Assembly: GCA_950097015.1 (NCBI GenBank) | Contig: CATNEN010000010.1 | Coordinates: forward strand, 2,232,001-2,296,000 | DNA from: Macrostomum hystrix | Lineage: Eukaryota > Animalia > Platyhelminthes | Reading direction: 5' to 3' | Length of the DNA: 64,000 nt | In this document: positions 23,513 to 57,380 of the stretch, in pieces | Layout: each line of letters opens with the position of its first letter | Numbering within the stretch: position 1 is the stretch's first letter | Notes under the pieces: model-generated | What the model saw: only the letters and a program-made list of their open reading frames with translations | What the model was told of the DNA's origin: nothing | Database searches by the model: none | Translations under genes and position numbers: made by a program

Positions 23513-25897
23513 CTAATTAAGCCGTATGTCGTGCACCCGGGCGAACTGGTCACCGGACAGCAGGCTGCGAATGACGCATCCCGGATCTCGCCGGCTGTAG
23601 CGGATGAACAGCTCAGCGTCCAGCAGCACTACCTCGGACATCTCCAGGGCCCTGGCCTGGATCACCAGACCAGGCAGAGCCAGGCTGCTGTAATGCTGGC
23701 CCATACGGCCTCCCCTGCCCTTCTGCTGACCGAGGCACAGGATGTGGCTGTAGAAATTCTTCAAGCCGAACACGCTACCGTCGCACAAGTTCACCTTGGC
23801 CTCCGTGATGCGACCGCCCGAGCCGCGCTTGTAGTAGCGAATCTTTGAGCCGATTGGGTGGGCCGACGGACCAATCAGAGCTGGCCGGTCTTGGCCTGTG
23901 CGCACTGGCTCAGAAACTGACTTTACGGCTAGCTCAACACCCTCAGCCCCTCACTGACCTGTCACCCCCTCACTGACCTGTCATCCCTCACTGACCTGTC
24001 ACCCCCTCACTGACCTGTCACCCCCTCACTGACCTGTCATCCCTCACTGACCTGTCACCCCCTCACTGACCTGTCACCCCCTCACTGACCTGTCATCCCT
24101 CACTGACCTGTCACCCCCTCACTGACCTGTCACCCCCTCACTGACCTGTCATCCCTCACTGACCTGTCACCCCCTCACTAAACTGTCACCCCCTCACTGA
24201 CCTGTCACCCCCTCACTGACCTGTCACCCCCTCACTGAACTGTCACCCCCTCACTGATCTGTCACCCCTCACTGACCTGTCACCCCCTCACTGACCTGTC
24301 ACCCCCTCACTGACCTGTCATCCCTCACTGACCTGTCACCCCCTCACTGACCTGTCACCCCCTCACTGACCTGTCATCCCTCACTGACCTGTCACCCCCT
24401 CACTGACCTGTCACCCCCTCACTGACCTGTCATCCCTCACTGACCTGTCACCCCCTCACTAAACTGTCACCCCCTCACTGACCTGTCACCCCCTCACTGA
24501 CCTGTCATCCCTCAATGACATGTCTCCCTTCACTGACCTGTCATCCCTCACTGACCTGTCACCCCTCACTGACCTGTCACCCCCTCACTGACCTGTCATC
24601 CCTCAATGACATGTCTCCCTTCACTGACCTGTCATCCCTCACTGACCTGTCATCCCTCAATGACATGTCTCCCTTCACTGACCTGTCATCCCTCACTGAC
24701 CTGTCATCCCTCAATGACATGTCTCCCTTCACTGACCTGTCCTAACTTCACGAATCTGACACTCGCCCAAATCCCCTGAGTCCCTGGCCCCCAGCCCCAT
24801 ACCTGCAGCGAGCCCTTCTCGATCATGACCAGAGCTCCGGGATCCTGGCTCTGTCTGAACAGCACCTCCTTTTTGACGACCAGCCGCCTCACAATGGCGT
24901 GCGCAGTGTTGTACTTTTCCAGCAGGGTCATCTCGTCGTACAAGCTGCTGCGCACAATGTGCCAAGTCTTGGGCAGGTGCGCCAGCCGCAGCAGCGCAGC
25001 CATCTTGTACTCCATGCCGCAGGTCAGGCTGCGGACCATCGCGCTGTAATCCTGTCGCCGCAGCTCGTATAGAATGCAGTCGCTGACTGCCCGCACCGTC
25101 ACTGGCGACACGAGGCCGCCCGTACTCAGGCACTCCACACCAATGACGCAGTCGTCCTGGAACTCGGCCAAGCGGACCGCTCTAGCCGGGTCCAGTGAAT
25201 CCGCCTTCGGGACGCGCTGGCTGGTGCCTTGGAGCGGATTCGAGAAGATTGGGGCGGAAAATTGCAAGTGGGGCGCAGAACGGCGGTGAGGGGCGGATTA
25301 AGGGCGGAAATGATGGGTCAGGACGGAAAAGGGCAGATGGAGGCGGAAAACTGTAGATGGTAAAATGGAGGAAGCGAGGGAAAAGGCGGATAGGCCGAAA
25401 AAGGCGCAAAACCGCGGGTGAGGGGCGGAAACCGGTGGGTGAGGGCGTAAAAAGGTGGGTTAGGGGCGGAAAAAAAGTTGGGTGAGGGGCGGAAAAAGGT
25501 AGGTGAGGGTCGGAAACCGGCAGGTGAGGGGCGGAAAGGGCGGGTGAGGGGCAGAAAGGGCGGAGGTTTGCGGGAAAATGGGGTAGGTGGCCATCGGCGG
25601 AGGCCTAGGAAGTTTAGGAAAAAAAATTAAATAAGGATCAGATGCGAACTCACCAGACAACGCCAGGACCTCCAGCTTGCCGTGTATGAGCACGAACATG
25701 GACTCCATGGGGCTGCCGCTGCTCATGAGCAGGCAGTGAGTCGGTAGGCGGCGCTTCACAAAGTTGTGCTTCACCAGGCAGCACTTGGCGTAGCAGTCAA
25801 GGTGGCATGTCATGGGCAGCCGGTCGACAACGCTAAAAAGCAGCAGAAACTCCTTCATGGCGTCCTGGTGGGTGCTGTCCACCAGGATGCTCTCCAT
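23513..25897 (-). CDS. Uncharacterised 332-aa protein with two degenerate cyclic-nucleotide-binding-like (CNB/CAP_ED-type) domains
   Basis: Exons 25897-25654, 25227-24803, 23842-23513 (999 nt, GT-AG, phases 1 and 0). CNB-like strands SMFVLIHGKLEV, CVIGVECL...VTVRAVSDCILYEL, VLFRQSQDPGALVMIEKGSLQI, LCDGSVFG...ARALEMSEVVLLDAELF. The domain assignment is by motif resemblance only. Confidence 0.65.
23950..24741. repeat. 18-19-bp minisatellite TCACTGACCTGTCA(C/T)CCC(C), ~42 copies
   Basis: Intron 2 of the CNB-like gene. Confidence 0.95.
25250..25580. repeat. Degenerate G-rich array (GGTGAGGGGCGGAAA-like)
   Basis: Intron 1 of the CNB-like gene; imperfect copies. Confidence 0.7.
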
Positions 25898-26134
25898 TTT
25901 CGCTGCCGGACAAATTCAATATCCGAGTTCTGAGTTCTGAGTTTTAGTATTATCTATCATTAGCATATATTTGCGGGCACCAAGACTGCTTAGTCTGGAC
26001 ATCAGTGTTGCCATTCAAGCCATGAGTTGTCTATGGCATATTAAAAATTCAACAACTCGCAATTCAACAATGGATTTTCAGAATGAATATGTCCAATGAT
26101 TTGACATATGCGGAATATGTCCGCATAATACCAT

Positions 26135-26348
26135 AATACTTGAAGGTCAGGGGTTCGATGCACTGAAACAATTTGTGGTTTTTACCAAGACCCTTAACTC
26201 TGAATTGCTTCGGTTTACCCAGCTGCTAAATGGTTTCCAGCAGTTGAGGGCGGATGTGACGTCCCATCAGTCCATGGACTGAGCAGACGTACACGGCATT
26301 CAAATCTGGCCTAATTGGGACAGGTGAAATAAATTATCACTTATTAAT
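26135..26348 (+). mobile_element. 5'-truncated tRNA-derived SINE-like element, intergenic
   Basis: GAAGGTCAGGGGTTCGATGC (variable loop + B-box), then CCAAGACCCTTAACTCTGAATTGCTTCGGTTTACCCAGCTGCTAAATGG resembling conserved central SINE domains, then AT-rich tail AAATAAATTATCACTTATTAATT. Confidence 0.55.
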
Positions 26349-27552
26349 TAGTGTCGAATAGAAGTTAGTAGTTAGCTAAAATCTACTTGGCAATTTGTAG
26401 CATTGATTTCTTCTAAAAAATACTTTAAACGGATGGCATTGTCTTCCATTTTTCATGAATCGATTGACAATCGTTGGATTCCGCTGACTACTGAGTACGC
26501 AAGCACACAGGACCTATTCCTAGATTCCTAAATTTTTTATCCCTCAAAACTTTAGTCTATGGCTACATTCCCTACCCATCAACGAATCAGAAACGGACTT
26601 CTACCATAGACATATTATTTAACCCCAACACCCAGCCTATTACTAACTCTGATGCCCGGAATTTTCTTCAGTGATGCCTGGCCATAAACATTGGGAAATA
26701 TGATTAACAAAAACAAACACAAAATTTCGCGCAGACTTCAATTATTTGACTCGATTTTCGGCGCTAAAGCTGAAAGGGATCAGAAGTGCGTTGCATTTCC
26801 TAAAATAAAATAATATATTTATTTAAACAAACCATATTGACCCCTTGTGAATTGTTGATTTTTAGTGTTTCGATGACAAGGCAGTGATGAGCTGTGTGAG
26901 GGGACCGCAATACAGTTTATTTATTTGTTAAACAGTTTTTAGAAATCAGAGGAAACAAAAAGAGTTTTTACAAGGGAGAGTCGCGGCCGCCCTGAATCAT
27001 TTCAGCCAACAAGGAGAAAAGCTGTTTCTTGGAAAACTGCAGCTTTTTCTGAAGCTGCATAGTTGCAAAGAAACAAAAGCAGTCAAACAAACGATGCAAA
27101 CAGAATATGCGGTGCGACAGAAGATGATCAGTAGATCAAGGCTTAATAGAAGTGACTAAAGAATTATAAAATCACTTTCCCATCCTTCTGAGCTGACTTT
27201 GACGAGATAAAATAAGAAAATGGTAACACCTATTGACATTTAATTGTATTTCAGTTCGAAATTGATAGAACAGTTGAGAGTCAGTTTGGGTTGTTCTCAA
27301 ACTGTACTCAGCATAAACTGCACAAAAATGGGCTCTTAAACTGTAGCTATCACCTACGGATGATGAAATAATGAAAAAAGTTTTTTTACTTAGCAGAAAA
27401 TGTAAGAAATGTTCGCTCAGCCATGGCTTCCTATAATCTCTAACAATTGGGTTTCCATTTCTGCATTGGCGCCTATCTGGGCTTCTCGCCCAGTAAGTAG
27501 AATTTTCAACTCATTTGAGCCTTGCAGCAGTGCATAGCTGTGAGCTCGGCCA

Positions 27553-50479
<22,927 letters not shown>

Positions 50480-50684
50480 TTCTCAGGTTGAGCACGGGCT
50501 CTTCTCAAGCGTTGTTGCTTCAAAACAAGCTGCTCAAACGGCGCATTCACCTTGCCGGAATGCTCCTCTTGGGCAAGAGCTATGAGGACAGAGACGCGAA
50601 CTAAGATTGTTTCCGCGGGAACGCGGGGCTGACTAGCAGAGTATAAGGGGAATTGGTAAAGGGAATTTCGCGGTCGACGCGCTC

Positions 50685-50780
50685 CTATTGGTGGATTGGA
50701 TTCTGTCCCCTAACATCAGCTGTCTGTCCGTCACTGGGAAGCACTAGAGGCCCGGACTAGGGCCCACCGATTGGCTGATA
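50685..50780 (-). promoter_or_regulatory. Candidate stomatin promoter with CCAAT boxes
   Basis: Three ATTGG on + (CCAAT on -) 200-300 nt upstream of the ATG at 50479. Confidence 0.3.
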
Positions 50781-52072
50781 CGATCTGAGACTGCGCGAGT
50801 TCCTTTCACATTGTCTTGTTTTTTATACATGCAATTTAATCAGTAAAGCTACAGCCGTTTTTGTGAAATAAATGCTAGTTGCTGTCTTAAGGTAACCACA
50901 CTCGTACGCAATACCCAAATGTACGAGCTACATGACGTTCACAAACAGTTCTGGCTGGCTCTGGCCCTCTTACATCATGAAAAAAGAAGGCACAGTTCTA
51001 AAGCCAAAAGAAAAAATGGCAAAGGCGAAAACAAATTTATACAGGACTTGAGAGGATTAAATTTACACGAACAAATCGCATGCACCGGAAAGAGTCAACT
51101 TAGCTAGTTCTATTCTATTTGTGGACACTTTTATCTAGTCGTAGACACGCCTTGAAAACAGCTCACTGAGGCATAATGCAATCTACTCGTAGTATGCACA
51201 CAAAGCGCCGCATATTCTGAGATGGGGTTTAAAAAAACTAGTCCTATATACTAAAATTCGTGAATCCCTGGTACCTCGTCGCAGATACGCTACAAAAACG
51301 CCTCACTGAAGCATAAGACACTTTAGTGTACAAAAAATACCTACCTCTGGATAACATTTCGCATACAATTAGAAGCAGCCATGCAAACAGTAAAAAGCAC
51401 TCCAAGAGACAGTCCCAGACACTTTTCGAAAAACACCAGACCAAGCCAGGCCGTCCTCATTATCTTGGAACAGATTAGACCAAGGCTCTGGCAGCCTCTA
51501 GAGTCATCTCTATATCAGACAGTCCCTCTTATCGTTTCTTCCGGTGTCTATTCCTGATAGCAAAAAAGCACTTCTCCCAGGCACACAACAGAGGGGCTTG
51601 GCGCTGAGTGAGTTATTTACTCTCCCCAGCAAGCTCTCACAGAGCGCTCTCAGCGCTCCTCCCGACAGAGCACGCTGGTGGAACTAATGGAGCGCTTCTC
51701 CTATAGAGTCGAAAAAGCGAAATCCCTCAAGCCAACAGTGCCAGCACCCAGTGGAGCCAAGATCCCGCAGTACAACAGCCTGTGAGAATATATACCTATC
51801 CGCTCAAGCACGAAAGTGCAACGGGAAATTGCAGTCACCGCGACTGCTTGAAAGCACCGGAGGGAGAAACTGGAAGCAAAGAAAAAGAAAGAACTGGGCA
51901 GGTAAAATTTTGGAGAGAAGAGGTTGAGGAACGAAATGCAAAAAGATCCGAAGCAATCAACTCATTGTCAGCGGATCAATGCGTTTACCGGTACCGCGCG
52001 GCTGAAACCGAACCACTTAGGCCGGCCCCGCCTAGTGGCGGGCATGTTATTTCGTTTAAAAGGCAGGCAGGT

Positions 52073-52282
52073 AAGAAGAGACGAAAGAAGGAGAGAAGAG
52101 AGGTAAGAAGGAGAGGAGAAGAGAGGGAAGGAGTGGAGAAGAGACGAAAGAAGGAGAGAAGAGAGGGAAGGAGAGGAGAGACGAACGAAGGAGAGAAGAG
52201 AGGGAAGAAGGAGTGGAGAAGAGACGAACGAAGAAGAGGAGAAGAGAGGAAAGGAAGCGAGGAGAAGTGAGGAGAGGAGAAG
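52073..52282. repeat. Degenerate purine-rich (GAAG/GGAGA) tract
   Basis: Direct reading; intergenic between HUWE1 and stomatin. Confidence 0.75.
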
Positions 52283-53491
52283 AGTCATGGAGAGAGCAGC
52301 CAGGACCAATGGCAGCGAATCGTTTCTCAGACGATGAAGGGCTATAGCAGGTACTGATATTTCGACCCTGCAACTGTTAGCTTAGGCATCAGGCATTTTG
52401 TGAAGAACAAAGCAATAAAGTCCAGAGCAGCAGCTAAAAAATGATTAAAGCAATTCACCAATGCGCCAAGTGGATTTGCGCGCCTACTAAAAGTTGGTCG
52501 AAGAGAATTCCGGTTTTTATGTTTTTATTTCAGCTCAATTTTCACGTATGTGTGAGTGTATTTACTACAACAGCATTTTCAGATGCCTTATGCAACAGTG
52601 AATATGCAGGGTAACACAAGTTAGTACACAAGATTGCTGTACCAGTACTCTAGATAAAGAAATATATTTATAAATAATTTTATTATTTGATAAACAGGGC
52701 ATTGCGCGGCGTGTCCTCTGTGTCACACCAACTGAAAAATAAAGGAAAAAGTAGCAGACACACAAAGGTGGGGAATTTATTAGTGGGCGACAGAAAAGTT
52801 GCGACACCACCCAGGAGCAATTTCTCGGGCAGTCACAAGAGCAGGGACTAAGAGCAGGGGCGGAAATCACAAGTCTCTGGATAGGAAAAGTTTGTTTCAA
52901 TAACTCCAGCCGGCCACATTTCGCTGAAAAATTATTTTCATTTTTTAGATTAAAAAAGATTCACTTAACAAAACAGACATGCGAGGGGTTACTTAAAGTA
53001 GGAAAGAAAAGACACACGGCTGCATTAGAAAGCGAATATTTAGAGGGAAAATATTAGGCAGAGTAAGCAATAGCTTCTGCTTTGGATACATAGATCTTGC
53101 TTGCTTGGACATTAATTTCACCTGTCCCCGTGTCTCACTACTGCCATAACCTATATACGAATCTAAATGCCGTGGGTGAGAGAGAGGAGCGCAGAGGAAA
53201 TCCGCCTGCTAGCACGCACACAGCTGATTGAGGAGTAACAGATGAAGCGATAAATGAATCAGTGATGAAGTTTACATTGAAGTGGCAGGCGATTTGCACT
53301 GTACGGCGAAGAGTGCCAGAAATAGCTTTCTGTCCGTTGCTAGCTGAAGGCTGGAGAACTAGCTCAATTAAAAACTATCTGAAATCTGCCACCACAGCAA
53401 AGGCTAACAAGTTGATGCAGATTGACAGGTCGGGAGGCAGGGGGTGGAAAAGTAGCAATTTGGGAAAAATATCCTCAAAGAAGCCGATTGC

Positions 53492-56400
53492 TCAGGCCAG
53501 GCCGTAGCCCTCTGAGCACTCGGTGATGGCCAGCAGGAGCATCTCGCGCAGCTTCTCGTAGCTCTCGTAGGCCGGCAGGTCCAGCTGGTTGAAGCTGCGG
53601 GTTGAAACAGTTCGCATTGATTGGCGCGAGGTCAAGATTGATGGCTGAGAGCCAAATCCAAATTTTATGGTGTCGAAACGGTCATCCATAAAAGTACAAA
53701 TAGATCATGTACTCACCAGGTGTGCGCAGTGGGCAGCCGGTCAGTGGAGCGGCCATCCCTGTGCACCTGGAACTTCTGCTGACCGCGCATGCCTTCCAGC
53801 TTGGCGAAGCCGCCTAGTGGCACCTTGCTGGTGCCCGTGACGAACTGGATGAAGCGGGCGCGGTCGGCCTGATCGAAGCTGCGCAGCGCGCGCCACAGCC
53901 ACTGGATCTGGAGGGTAGGGCAAGAGGTGAAATTCGGGACACGTGATTTCATGTCATTACCCGTTCTCAGGTGATTTGGTAGGTCATTAACCGTTCTCAG
54001 GTGATTTGGTAGGTCATTACCCGTTCTCAGGTGATTTGATAGGTCATTACCCGTTCTCAGGTGATTTGGTAGGTCATTACCCGTTCTCAGGTGATTTGGT
54101 AGATCATTACCTGTTCATAGAGTACTAGGGGGTCATTACCCAGTCAAATTAATCAATCAGCTGTGGAACTCACCTGAGAGCTAGTCGGTGTGTACTTTTC
54201 GTACAAGGTGTTGGCTCGCAGGTCGTCAATGTCGATTGTCGGCAGCCCGGAGATGAGCAGCTCTAATTCCTGCTCATTAAATATGCTAATTAGCCGCTTG
54301 GGTATTATGTCATAGAAGCCCTCCAGGAAAGCGGCCAGCTGCTGCCTGATGGAGCCGATCATGCGCTCCTGACACACCCTGGCCACGTACTCGGCTTTGT
54401 TCTCCTCCGTCACCACCTTATTGCGACCATCGGGCACCAGTTCCCGAGTCTCGGTGACGCCAAAGACGGACACCTCGGTTGAGAAGGTCTGATCGTAGCC
54501 CAGAGCAGCTACGTCATTCTCTAGCAGGAATCGCAGGCCCTTATAAAAGTCGTAGTCTTCGCTCTCGAGGTCGCTGCAGTTGACAGGCAGGCCAAGGATG
54601 TGCTTGTAGAAAGCCCTGGTGAAGTAGCACTCCAGCAGTTTGTTATCGTACACAGCTTTGGCAATTAGGCGACCAACAAACTTGAAGTAGGTCAGGTGAT
54701 TATTGTTGATGTGGCTGGCCGCATTGATAGTGTAGGTGACCTGATCGCCCGGGTTCACCTTGAATAAGGCGTAGTTGGGATTGAAGATCTCCCGGCTGAG
54801 GATGGCGTACCATTCGCGCAGCAGGCCGCCAGCGTCCTGGCCCTCCTCGCCCTGTTTGGTGATTGTATTAGTATTTGCGGGGGTTACACTACTGCCAGTA
54901 CTAAAAATTCAAATTAGAAAACAGTCAAAATTAAGCAAAAGATCACGCACCTGGAAATGGATCTGGAAGTGCTGCTTCCACTCATTGCGAGACTTTCTGT
55001 GCAGCTTGGCGAAGGAGTCCTCGAACACTCGCAGTCGGTTGACTGCCACCGTCTCCGTGTTGCGCGGCCGGCCGCTGTCCAGCTGGCTGCGGAAGTACTG
55101 CACCTTGACATCGAAGTCCAGCAGGCGCGGATGCTCGGCCAGCCAGGCGAAGGGGCCGCGGGTGAGCGGAGTGGTCTGCTGGCGCAGGATCTGGTTCAAC
55201 AGTCCGCGGTGGCGAGTGGCGAAGCTCAGCAGGAATGCCTTTTGGCTGTCGGCCGGCTCCTTCTGTGTGGTGGCGCCCGCGGCGGCAGACGATGAAATTG
55301 CTGAAGAAGTCGCAGCGGCGGCGGCGACTGCGGCGGCGGCCGAGGAGGTTCCGGCAGTGTCCGGGGCGCTGATCTCGAGGTCCAGATGTGACAGCTGCTC
55401 GGAGTTGCTGGCCTCGGCTCCGGCTGATGCCAGACGTCGAAGGGTGGCCGCCTGGTCGCGCGAGCCGCCGGAGGCAACGAAGAAGGCCTCGACTGTGGTC
55501 TGTAGCACCAGCACGGAGTTCGGATCCTCGCACTGGTTCAGCAGGCTCAGGCACTCGCTCAGTCGGGTCCACAGCGGCTCCAGGACTTGGCTGACCTCGG
55601 CAGACCGGCCGCCCTGGCTGTCCAGCTGGCCGAGCATGTTGAGTAGCTTGAGCAGCCGCCGCTGCAGGTGCCGATCGTTGGCCAGGCTGGCCAGGCTAGG
55701 CAGGGCCAAGTCGCGTGGCGGCGCGTAGCCAGATTGAGCATCAGCGCGAAGGACAACGGAGGCGCCACTGAAGCGATCTTGAAGGACGCGTCCAACGGCG
55801 CTAGATGAGGCTGACGCTCCAGGATTATCCAGCTGTTGAAGGGCCGACGAGCTGCTAGGAGCGGAAGTTGACAGCTGCTGCTGCTGCTGCTGTTGTTGTT
55901 GAGTCTTGGCCAGGTGGTCCTGAAGTTCGTCGGCTAGTCGGGCGAGTCGCCGCTCCAGCTGACCAGCCAGGTGCCGCAGGCCGTCAGTCAGGCTGGCCAG
56001 CAGGCAGTCCTCAACCCGGCGGCCGTAGCGGCACAGGTGGGGGACCAGTTTGCCGGCGTGCTCCAGGCCCTGATCTGTGACCGGCAGCTTGCCGACCAAG
56101 ATGTCAACCAGCTGTCGAAGGTGGGCCTCAAGGTTGGGCACGCGGCCCAGGTCTGGCTGCTGCTGCTGCTGCTGAGATGTTTGAGTTCCTTGCTGAGACT
56201 GGGTCTGCGACTGCTGCTGTGATGCTTCCTGCTGTTGTGGCTGATCTGTCAGTTGAGCTTGCTGCTGCTGCTGCTGCTGTTGCTGTTGCTGCTGCTGTTG
56301 TTGCTGCTGCTGCTGTTGCTGAGGTCGCTGTGGCCGACCCAGTCGAGCCATGTTGTCGCAGACTACAAGCAGTTCCAGTAGTTGATCTAGAAGCTCAGGT

Positions 56401-57348
56401 CGGCGGCAGATGATCGGATGGCTGAGCAGGCGAAACACGCAGGGGAACAGGTCGTCCTGATCGGCGCCAGAGGCTTGCGTTGGTGCGGTGGCTGCAGCTG
56501 CAGCGGCGCCGCCGGGGGAGGCTGTCAAAGTGGACAATGATGCGGGGGCTCCAACGGTCGGAGCTGCGCCGGGAGCGGCCACGCCGATGCTGGCGCCATC
56601 CAGATGGCGGAGGAGGCGCCAGAACTCGCTCATGTCGGCCGGCACAGTGGCAGATTCAGAGGGTCCGTATGGGCTGAGAAAGGCGGCCTCGTGAGACTCG
56701 GCCAGCTCGGTAAGGGTCAGCAGGCAGACGCGAAGGACAACCGGGCAGGCGTCCGGGTGCAGGCAGAGCATCGGCGGAGCACGCAGTTTGACTCCGGCGG
56801 GCGGCCGGGGCAGGGCGAAGACGCGCTGCGGCTGGCCGAATTGGCCGCGGAATCGCAGATCAAGCAGGCAGTTCAAACCACCGGCGGTGACAGCGGCTGG
56901 AGCATCTAGAAGCTGCTGCTGCTGGCTGTAGGTGTCAGCCGCCGAGGCGATGATAGCCAGGAGAGCCTTGGCCAGCCAGAGCCGGGTAGGTGGGTGGGCA
57001 GCCAGTCGGTGCATCAGCATGCGGCAGCCCTGCCGAACCACTTCGCTGTCGCAGCACAGGAGAGCTACGCAGACAGTCAGGGACTCGCAGTCGAGCAGCG
57101 GCTTCGACTTGCCGCCGCCGCCTGAGCCGGAGCTGCCGCCGACGCCGGTGGAACCGCCGACAGTCCGACGGATTGTGGCGGTGCTGCCGCCGCCGATGCC
57201 TAGAGATTGGCCAGTCCTGACGGTGGGCAAGTTGTACAGCACCCGGTAGTAATTGGCGGCAGTGGCGTTAGCCCGTTCTCGATAGCGCGGCGGAAATCTT
57301 GGTAGATCGTCGTGATCCAACTGGTGATGATGGTGAAGATGCTGTTGC

Positions 57349-57380
<32 letters not shown>

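Noticed and set aside
22088-23848. 466-586-aa ORFs (SVSCVSQLCQ...)
   Set aside because: Translation of the 13-mer array. The same applies to ORFs at 2492, 5497-5965, 13018, 18744, 27752, 29316, 30115, 32000, 35601-36231, 46017, 48911, 61389-62162 and 62775-63256.
26003-26013. CAGTGTTGCCA resembling a hAT-type terminal inverted repeat
   Set aside because: No correctly oriented partner end or target-site duplication found.
50900-51700. A-rich short ORFs that might be a decayed transposase
   Set aside because: No identifiable transposase or RT motif.
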